A stretch of 62,510 nucleotides of DNA from a virus (Duplodnaviria > Caudoviricetes). Each line of letters starts with the position of its first letter. Position 1 is the first letter of the stretch. A model generated the notes under the pieces. The model was not told where the DNA came from, made no database searches, and saw only the letters and a list, made by a program, of their open reading frames with translations. Positions 11,201 through 18,284 of this stretch are shown here, in pieces. Both the position numbers and the translations under genes were made by a program. The stretch is from IMG/VR virus record IMGVR_UViG_3300025570_000014, positions 1 to 62,510 of that record; one strand, written 5' to 3'.

Positions 11201-14200
11201 AGGTGCCAGAAGAACCACCGGTACCTGAAGAACCTGAAGTACCTGAAGAACCACTAGTACCCGAAGAACCGCTAGTACCTGATGAACCATTAATACCTGA
11301 AGTACCCGAAGAACCACTGGTGCCTGAAGAACCTGATGTACCTGATGAACCTGAAGTACCTGAAGCACCTGCCATACCCGAGGAACCTGAGGTACCTGAA
11401 GAGCCACTTCCACCTGTAGCTCCTGAGGTACCTGAAGAGCCACTAGTGCCTGAAGAACCACTAGTACCTGAAGAACCTGATGAACCTGCAGTACCTGATG
11501 TACCTGAAGAACCTGATGTTCCTGAGGCTCCTGTCATACCTGATGAACCCGAAGTGCCTGAAGAACCACTAGTACCTGAAGAGCCTGAGGTGCCTGATGA
11601 GCCACTTTCACCTGTTGCTCCTGATGAACCTGATGTACCCGATGAACCTGAAGTACCTGAAGAGCCGTCTATACCTGAAGTACCTGATGAACCACTTGTA
11701 CCTGAAGAACCATCTATACCTGAAGTACCTGAAGAACCACTAGTACCTGAGGAACCTGAAGTACCTGAGGAACCTGAAGTACCTGAAGCTCCTGTCATAC
11801 CTGAAGAGCCTGAGGTACCTGAGGAACCTGATAAACCTGATGTACCTGATGTACCTGAAGAACCACTGGTGCCTGAAGAACCACTAGTACCTGATGAACC
11901 CGAAGTGCCTGAAGAACCTGATGTACCTGAAGAACCTGATGTTCCTGAGGCTCCTGTCATACCTGAAGAACCTGATGTGCCTGAAGAACCACTTATGCCT
12001 GAAGTACCTGATGAACCTGCAGCACCTGAAGTACCCGAAGAACCATCTATACCTGATGTTCCTGAAGAGCCTGAGGTACCTGAGGAACCTGATACACCTG
12101 ATGTACCTGATGTACCTGAAGAACCACTAGTACCTGAGGAGCCACTGGTGCCTGAAGAACCTGATGTACCTGAAGAACCTGATGTGCCTGAAGCTCCAGT
12201 CATACCTGAAGAACCTGATGTACCTGATGAACCCGATATACCTGATGTACCTGATGTACCTGAAGAACCAGATATACCTGAAGAGCCTGATGTACCTGAA
12301 GAACCTGAGGTACCTGATGAACCATTTATACCTGAAGTACCGGATGAACCACTAGTACCTGAAGAGCCTGATGTACCTGAAGAACCTGAGGTGCCCGATG
12401 AACCATCTATACCTGAAGTGCCTGATGAGCCTGATGTACCAGAGGTTCCTGATGAACCCGATGCCCCTGGGGCTCCTGCTAAGTTTAAACACCATTCTAT
12501 AGTACCTGAGAATGTTCCCGTGTAAGTTAAATTAATTAATACTATTACCCCTGAATTGGGAGTATAACTATCTACTGTTCCTTCAATAAATTGGGTAGCA
12601 CTATGTGCTAATATTACATTCTGTCCTGCGGTATAAGCTAAATCAGTAGCAAAAGTTAAAGTAAGTGATGGTGGAGGGGTACCACTAGTAATAGTTTGAT
12701 TTGCACAATCCGCGTATACATCACCATCCGCTCCAGCAGCTCCTGAAGAACCTGAAGTGCCTGAAGTGCCTGAAGAACCATCTATACCTGAAGTGCCTGA
12801 TGAGCCTGATGTGCCTGATGAACCACTAGTACCTGAAGAACCTGATGTACCTGAAGCTCCAGTCATACCTGAAGAACCTGATGTACCTGATGAACCCGAT
12901 ATACCTGAAGTACCTGATGAACCTGCAGTACCTGATGTACCTGAAGAACCTGAAGTGCCTGAGGCTCCTGTCATACCTGATGAACCCGAAGTGCCTGAAG
13001 AACCACTAATACCTGAAGAACCCGAAGTACCTGATGTACCTGATGAACCTGATGTACCCGATGAACCTGAGGTGCCTGAAGAGCCGTCTATACCTGAAGT
13101 ACCTGATGAACCACTTGTACCTGAAGAACCATCTATACCTGAAGTACCTGAAGAACCACTAGTACCTGAGGAACCTGAAGTGCCTGAAGAACCTGATGTG
13201 CCTGAGGCACCTGTCATACCTGAGGAACCTGAGGTACCTGAAGAGCCACTTTCACCTGTAGCTCCTGATGTGCCTGAAGAACCACTAATGCCTGAAGAGC
13301 CACTGGTGCCTGAAGAACCTGAAGTACCTGAAGAACCTGAAGTACCTGAAGCACCTGTTATACCCGAGGAACCTGAAGTTCCTGAAGAGCCACTTTCACC
13401 TGTAGCTCCTGAGGTGCCTGATGAACCTGACGTACCTGATGAACCTGATGTGCCTGATGAGCCATCCTCACCTGTAGCCCCTGAAGTACCTGACGAACCT
13501 GATGTACCTGAAGAACCACTAGTGCCTGAAGAACCATCTATACCTGAAGTGCCTGAGGAGCCTGAAGTACCCGATGAGCCTGATGTGCCTGAAGAACCAC
13601 TATCCCCTGTAGCTCCTGATGTACCCGAGGAACCACTAGTACCCGAAGAACCAGAAGTACCTGAGGCTCCAGTCATACCTGATGAACCACTAGTACCTGA
13701 TGAACCGCTAACACCTGAAGAGCCTGAAGTGCCTGAAGTGCCTGAAGAACCTGAAGTACCTGATGAACCGCTAAAACCTGAGGAGCCACTAGTACCTGAA
13801 GTACCTGATGAACCACTAGTACCTGATGAACCACTAGTACCTGATGAGCCTGAAGTACCCGATGAACCTGATGTACCAGAGGTACCTGATGAACCACTAA
13901 TACCTGATGAGCCTGAAGTACCCGATGAACCTGATGTACCTGAAGAACCACTAGTACCTGAAGAACCTGATGTACCCGAAGTACCTGAGGAGCCTGAAAT
14001 ACCCGATGAGCCTGATGTACCTGAAGTTCCCGATGAGCCCGAAATACCTGAGGAGCCTGATGTACCCGAAGCACCTGTCATACCTGATGAACCGGAGGTG
14101 CCTGAAGAGCCACTAATACCTGATGAACCACTGGTGCCTGCAGAACCACTAGTACCTGATGAACCTGAAGTACCCGATGTACCCGATGAACCTGATGTAC

Positions 14201-17200
14201 CAGAGGTACCTGATGAACCACTAATGCCTGATGAGCCTGAAGTACCTGATGAACCTGAGGAACCACTAGTACCTGAGGAACCTGATGAGCCTGAAATGCC
14301 TGAACTACCTGAAGTTCCTGAAGAACCTGAAACACCTGAGGTGCCTGAAGAACCTGAGCTGCCTGAAGTACCTGATGAACCTGATGTGCCTGAGGCCCCT
14401 GTCATACCTGATGAACCACTAGTACCTGAAGAGCCTGATGTACCCGAAGTACCTGAGGAGCCACTAATACCTATGGCGCCTGAGGTGCCTGAGGTGCCTG
14501 ATGAACCTGATGAACCTGAGGTGCCTGAGGAACCACTAATACCTGATGTGCCTGAAGAACCTGAAGTACCTGAGGCACCTGTCATACCTGAAGAACCTGA
14601 TGTGCCTGAAGAACCACTTATGCCTGAAGTACCTGATGAACCTGCAGCACCTGAAGTGCCTGATGAACCTGAGATACCTGATGTTCCTGAAGAACCTGAG
14701 ATACCCGATGTACCCGAAGAACCTGATGCTCCGGGGGCTCCCGCTAGGTTTATACACCATTGTTGAGAACCACTAAAAGTCCCTGTAGAAGAGGTAACTA
14801 TAATACTAATGCCCCCTGTTCCCGAATTATAGGACCCAACCGTTCCTTCAATTAGGTTATTAACATTACCTGGGGTAGCCAATATTATACTTTGTCCCGT
14901 TGTATAAGCTAATCCAATTCCTATAACAAGATTAAGGGTACCCGAAGCGGGGGAAGTGAGGGATTGGGTACTACAATTGGCGTATATGTCACCATCCTCA
15001 CCTGATGAACCCGAAGTACCCGAAGAACCACTAGTACCTGAAGAACCTGATGTACCTGAAGAACCTGATGTTCCTGAGGCACCTGTCATACCTGAAGAAC
15101 CTGATGTGCCTGAGGAACCTGAAGTACCTGATGAGCCAGCTGTACCTGAGGTACCAGATGAGCCTGATGTGCCTGAAGAGCCACTAGTACCTGAAGAACC
15201 ACTAGTGCCGGAAGAACCACTAGTACCTGAAGAGCCACTAGTACCTGAAGAGCCACTAGTACCTGAGGAACCCGAGATACCACTAGTGCCTGAGGAACCA
15301 CTAGTACCTGATGTACCTGAGGAACCACTAATACCCGATGTACCTGAAGAACCTGAAGTGCCAGATGAACCCGAAGTGCCTGAAGTTCCTGAAGAGCCAT
15401 TTATCCCAGAGGTGCCGGAAGAACCTGAGGTACCCGAAGATCCTGAAGTGCCAGATGAACCATCGATACCCGAAGTACCTGATGAACCTGATGTGCCCGA
15501 AGCCCCCGTCATTCCTGAGGAACCTGAGGTGCCTGATGATCCTGAAGAGCCGGCGGTGCCTGAGGTACCTGAAGAACCACTAGTACCTGAAGAACCTGAG
15601 GTACCTGAAGAACCATCTATACCTGAGGTACCTGATGATCCTGAAGAGCCGGAGGTGCCTGAGGTTCCTGAAGAACCACTAGTACCTGAAGAACCTGAGG
15701 CACCTGAAGAGCCTGATGTACCAGAGGTACCTGATGAACCACTAATGCCTGATGAGCCTGAAGTACCTGATGAACCTGATGTACCTGAAGAACCACTAGT
15801 GCCTGAAGAACCACTAGTACCTGCAGAACCGCTAGTACCTGAAGAGCCTGAAGTACCTGAAGTACCCGAAGAACCGTCTATACCTGAGGTACCCGACGAT
15901 CCTGATGAACCTGAGGTGCCTGAAGAACCTGATGTGCCTGAAGAACCACTAGTACCTGCCGAACCGCTAGTACCTGAAGAGCCTGAAGTACCTGATGCAC
16001 CCGTCATACCCGAAGAACCTGAAGTACCTGATGAACCTGCAGTACCTGAAGAGCCATCTATGCCTGAAGTGCCCGATGAACCTGAAGTGCCTGATGAACC
16101 ACTAATACCTGATGAACCACTAGTACCTGAAGTGCCTGATGAACCACTAGTACCTGATGTGCCTGATGAGCCACTAGTACCTGAAGAGCCACTGATGCCT
16201 GATGATCCCGATGTGCCTGAGCTACCTGAGGTGCCTGAGGAGCCTGAAAAACCTGAAGTGCCTGATGAGCCGGATGTACCTGATGTACCTGATGAGCCTG
16301 AAGAACCACTAGTACCTGAAGAACCTGAGGTACCTGAAGAGCCATCTATACCTGAAGTACCCGAAGAACCACTAGTACCTGAGGAACCATCTATACCTGA
16401 GGTGCCTGAGGAACCTGAGGAACCTGAGGTACCTGACGAACCTGATGAGCCTGATGAACCCGAGGTACCTGAGGCACCTGTCATACCTGAAGAACCTGAA
16501 GTACCTGATGAGCCTGATTCTCCAGATGTACCTGAAGTACCTGATGAACCTGATATTCCAGATGAACCTGAAGTACCTGATGAACCTGATGTGCCTGAAG
16601 AACCTGAAGAACCTGAAGTGCCTGAGGAACCGTCTATGCCTGAGGTACCTGAAGAACCTGAAGAACCTGAAGTACCAGATGAACCTGAAGTACCCGATGA
16701 ACCCGATATACCTGAAGTGCCCGATGAGCCTGAGGTGCCAGATGAGCCTGAGGAGCCAGATGTGCCCGAACTACCTGAAGTACCTGAAGAACCGGATGTA
16801 CCTGAAGCACCTGTCATACCTGATGAACCGCTAGTACCCGATGAACCCGATGATCCTGAAGTGCCTGAAGTGCCTGATGATCCTGCTGCTCCTGGAGCTC
16901 CCTCTAGGTTTATACACCATTGTAGAGAAGTAGGGGTAGGCCAATTCCCTGTTTGGGAAGTAATATCGATTTCTATATCCCCATTTGATGAGTTATATGA
17001 ATTAACTATTCCTACTATATACTGTGTGGCACTATATGCTAGTATTACAGTTTGACCTACTGTATATGCTAGTCCTGCGGCTATGTTTATATTAAGGGGG
17101 TCTCCAGGGGGATCGGTAATGGTTTGAGTGCTACAATCGGCATATATGTCACCATCTTCACCAGATGAACCCGAAGTGCCTGAAGTACCTGAAGTACCTG

Positions 17201-17645
17201 AGGAGCCTTCGGCACCCGATGATCCTGATGTACCTGATGAGCCGCTTCCTCCTCCTCCTGTTCCGTCATTATAATCTAATACAATACAAACTTCTTCCTC
17301 AGCATTTAATGGAAAATTACCAGATTGAGCACTAGCTCCTGCAGTTATTGTAAAAGATATATAATTAGTATTATCCGTTACAGCTGTGTAAGGAAAAACT
17401 GCGTAGTTAGCAGGATATTTTTTACTGTGTATTGTTAAATTACCTTTAGTACTATCTTTTAGGTAATCCGATATGTTAATATTATTAAGGTCCGATATGT
17501 TAATATCAACACGAGTTGTATTTCTAACATCTAAACTACTATAAAGACTTAATCTACCAGGGGAGGGGATTGTAGAGGGAGTTGAAACCTTGTAAGGTAT
17601 ACAAAATGCTCCTAAATCTCTATCTATAATAAATTTTTGTGCCAT
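8295..17645 (-). CDS. Giant Gly-X-Y (GSS/GTS) repeat fibre protein, 3116 aa, with four repeated ~90-aa spacer domains
   Basis: One open frame of 9.35 kb with globular N- and C-termini, Gly at every third residue in the repeat tracts, a late motif at 17665-17671, and a position downstream of the baseplate genes. Confidence 0.85.
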   Translation of the reverse strand: MAQKFIIDRDLGAFCIPYKVSTPSTIPSPGRLSLYSSLDVRNTTRVDINISDLNNINISDYLKDSTKGNLTIHSKKYPANYAVFPYTAVTDNTNYISFTITAGASAQSGNFPLNAEEEVCIVLDYNDGTGGGGSGSSGTSGSSGAEGSSGTSGTSGTSGSSGEDGDIYADCSTQTITDPPGDPLNINIAAGLAYTVGQTVILAYSATQYIVGIVNSYNSSNGDIEIDITSQTGNWPTPTSLQWCINLEGAPGAAGSSGTSGTSGSSGSSGTSGSSGMTGASGTSGSSGTSGSSGTSGSSGSSGTSGSSGTSGISGSSGTSGSSGTSGSSGSSGTSGIDGSSGTSGSSGSSGTSGSSGTSGSSGISGSSGTSGTSGESGSSGTSGSSGMTGASGTSGSSGSSGSSGTSGSSGSSGTSGIDGSSGTSGSSGTSGIDGSSGTSGSSGTSGSSGSSGTSGTSGSSGTSGFSGSSGTSGSSGTSGSSGISGSSGTSGSSGTSGTSGSSGTSGTSGSSGISGSSGTSGSSGTSGIDGSSGTAGSSGTSGSSGMTGASGTSGSSGTSGSAGTSGSSGTSGSSGTSGSSGSSGTSGIDGSSGTSGTSGSSGTSGSAGTSGSSGTSGSSGTSGSSGTSGSSGISGSSGTSGTSGSSGASGSSGTSGSSGTSGTSGSSGSSGTSGIDGSSGTSGSSGTSGSSGTSGTAGSSGSSGTSGSSGMTGASGTSGSSGTSGIDGSSGTSGSSGTSGSSGTSGINGSSGTSGTSGSSGTSGSSGTSGISGSSGTSGTSGSSGTSGISGSSGTSGSSGTSGSSGTSGSSGTSGSSGTSGSSGTSGSSGTSGTAGSSGTSGSSGTSGSSGMTGASGTSGSSGTSGSSGTSGSSGTSGSSGEDGDIYANCSTQSLTSPASGTLNLVIGIGLAYTTGQSIILATPGNVNNLIEGTVGSYNSGTGGISIIVTSSTGTFSGSQQWCINLAGAPGASGSSGTSGISGSSGTSGISGSSGTSGAAGSSGTSGISGSSGTSGSSGMTGASGTSGSSGTSGISGSSGTSGSSGSSGTSGTSGAIGISGSSGTSGTSGSSGTSGSSGMTGASGTSGSSGTSGSSGSSGTSGVSGSSGTSGSSGISGSSGSSGTSGSSGSSGTSGSSGISGSSGTSGTSGSSGTSGTSGSSGTSGSAGTSGSSGISGSSGTSGSSGMTGASGTSGSSGISGSSGTSGTSGSSGISGSSGTSGTSGSSGTSGSSGTSGSSGTSGSSGISGSSGTSGTSGSSGTSGSSGTSGSSGTSGSSGTSGTSGSSGFSGSSGTSGSSGTSGTSGSSGVSGSSGTSGSSGMTGASGTSGSSGTSGSSGTSGATGDSGSSGTSGSSGTSGSSGTSGIDGSSGTSGSSGTSGSSGTSGATGEDGSSGTSGSSGTSGSSGTSGATGESGSSGTSGSSGITGASGTSGSSGTSGSSGTSGSSGISGSSGTSGATGESGSSGTSGSSGMTGASGTSGSSGTSGSSGTSGSSGTSGIDGSSGTSGSSGTSGIDGSSGTSGSSGTSGSSGTSGTSGSSGISGSSGTSGSSGMTGASGTSGSSGTSGTAGSSGTSGISGSSGTSGSSGMTGASGTSGSSGTSGSSGTSGSSGTSGIDGSSGTSGTSGSSGAAGADGDVYADCANQTITSGTPPPSLTLTFATDLAYTAGQNVILAHSATQFIEGTVDSYTPNSGVIVLINLTYTGTFSGTIEWCLNLAGAPGASGSSGTSGTSGSSGTSGIDGSSGTSGSSGTSGSSGTSGSSGTSGINGSSGTSGSSGTSGSSGISGSSGTSGTSGISGSSGTSGSSGMTGASGTSGSSGTSGSSGTSGSSGTSGSSGTSGTSGVSGSSGTSGSSGTSGIDGSSGTSGAAGSSGTSGISGSSGTSGSSGMTGASGTSGSSGTSGSSGTSGSSGTSGSSGTSGSSGTSGTSGLSGSSGTSGSSGMTGASGTSGSSGTSGSSGTSGSSGTSGIDGSSGTSGSSGTSGIDGSSGTSGSSGTSGSSGATGESGSSGTSGSSGTSGSSGTSGSSGMTGASGTSGSSGTSGTAGSSGSSGTSGSSGTSGSSGTSGATGGSGSSGTSGSSGMAGASGTSGSSGTSGSSGTSGSSGTSGINGSSGTSGSSGTSGSSGTSGSSGTGGSSGTSGIDGSSGTSGSSGTSGSSGMTGASGTSGSSGTSGSSGTSGSSGSSGISGTSGSSGTSGSSGTSGSSGTSGTSGTSGSSGMTGASGTSGSSGTSGIDGSSGTSGTSGTSGSSGTSGSSGTSGSSGMTGASGTSGSSGTSGSSGTSGIDGSSGTSGSSGTSGSSGTSGSSGASGTDGDIYAACVNNLTISNPPSSPLTIAIGSGLAYTAGQNIILAIDSSNFIEGTVNNYNSGTGNIEINVTSSTGSWSSITSYTWCINLAGAPGASGSSGTSGSSGTSGTSGIDGSSGTSGSSGTSGSSGSSGTSGSSGMTGASGTSGSSGTSGSSGTSGSSGTSGSSGTSGLSGTSGSSGTSGIAGIDGSSGTSGSSGMTGASGTSGSSGTSGSSGSSGTSGTSGSSGTSGSSGTSGIDGSSGTSGSSGTSGIDGSSGTSGSSGTSGIDGSSGTSGSSGTSGIDGSSGTSGSSGTSGIDGSSGTSGSSGTSGIDGSSGTSGSSGTSGIDGTSGSSGSSGTDGSSGTSGSSGTSGIDGSSGTSGSSGTSGIDGSSGTSGSSGTSGIDGSSGTSGSSGTSGIDGSSGTSGSSGTSGIDGSSGTSGSSGTSGIDGSSGTSGSSGTSGISGSSGTSGSSGTSGSSGTSGSSGMTGASGTSGSSGTSGSSGTSGSSGTSGSSGTSGISGSSGTSGSSGTSGSSGMTGASGTSGSSGTSGSSGTSGSSGTSGSSGTSGTSITENWSILDSVPAGSVGNPGTDIFNTGLSFGTFDVVEFDGMVILKGNNSGTGTVADPFIRAGATLKFTGTLWAFLSKNYLYDFTITEVDGTFVSQSVTTEIAQTQLISIVATDPGNKTQGSYGPVGITGGGTGAQATVVIGNTGLATSIIVTDGGSGYSTTTAITIDGADIGGTTSTDDVVLNLTIPYLVPEYTKSRLNLEQIYIQAEDVDVTNNILRFKVYNTLDYSLFYKHSLTFRIFNDL
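9027..16886 (-). repeat. Degenerate 9-bp-unit coding repeat (Gly-Ser-Ser / Gly-Thr-Ser) in four tracts
   Basis: Tracts at about 9027-10406, 10680-12461, 12729-14726 and 14997-16886; plus-strand units such as cctgaagta, cctgatgaa and ccactagta. Confidence 0.95.
10407..17156 (-). repeat. Four copies of a ~90-aa domain (DGD(I/V)YA.C...LAYT.GQ..ILA...G.V..Y...WC(I/L)NL.GAPGA)
   Basis: Copies at 16887-17156, 14727-14996, 12462-12728 and 10407-10679. Confidence 0.9.
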
Positions 17646-17672
17646 AGATTAGTGGTTCTTCGTTATAAATAT

Positions 17673-18269
17673 TCAAGGTTTATAGTACCTTAAATATTTC
17701 TCTTGAAGATATTTTCCTAATCCATAAAAACCTTCATTTTTTTCTTTTAATTTTACTATACTATGATTTGTACGATATACTTGATTTTCATCTCCTGTTA
17801 ATGTCCAAGGTATATTAAAAGGTACCCAGTTTTGGAAATCTATAGTTGGACTATTTTGAACTAATGCGTTATAGTCAGATTCGGAAGTTTCTAAATAAAT
17901 AAATTCATTTCTACTTTTACAAAAAAATCTTCTAAATTCACCAAGTTGGTAATCCTGTTCAGTGGGTTGTGTAAAGAATAGTTGGGGGGAATTTCGTAAA
18001 TTATTTCCTGAGATTCCTCTTAAGAGTTTATAATTTTCATTTTCAACATTGTCTTTAATATAGACTTGAGTTTGGTTAGCTTGTACTGGTTCAGGAATTG
18101 GGATTAGGAGTCTATTGGGTTTATTATCAGGATTTTTTCCTGTAAATAATTGGCCCTTATATGTTTTGTAGTAGTACCCAATGTAAGGTTGGGTTGTTCC
18201 TTTGATTACATAGTTCTTTCCCGCAGTATACAGATTAGTTTGAATTCTACTTTTGGGAACATAGGGCAT
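17673..18269 (-). CDS. Hypothetical protein, baseplate region
   Basis: Clean ORF with late motif; context only. Confidence 0.65.
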   Translation of the reverse strand: MPYVPKSRIQTNLYTAGKNYVIKGTTQPYIGYYYKTYKGQLFTGKNPDNKPNRLLIPIPEPVQANQTQVYIKDNVENENYKLLRGISGNNLRNSPQLFFTQPTEQDYQLGEFRRFFCKSRNEFIYLETSESDYNALVQNSPTIDFQNWVPFNIPWTLTGDENQVYRTNHSIVKLKEKNEGFYGLGKYLQEKYLRYYKP

Positions 18270-18284
18270 ATTGATAAATATTAA

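Noticed and set aside
9027-16886. CRISPR-like appearance of the repeat region
   Set aside because: No constant repeat with unique spacers; it is an in-frame degenerate coding repeat and there are no cas genes.
8851-17055. Long plus-strand ORFs encoding PEV/PEE/PDE repeats (531-699 aa), plus MNLKYL and VLQVHQ ORFs
   Set aside because: Shadow frames of the 9-bp repeat. They break at each spacer domain, oppose the uniform gene direction and lack promoters.
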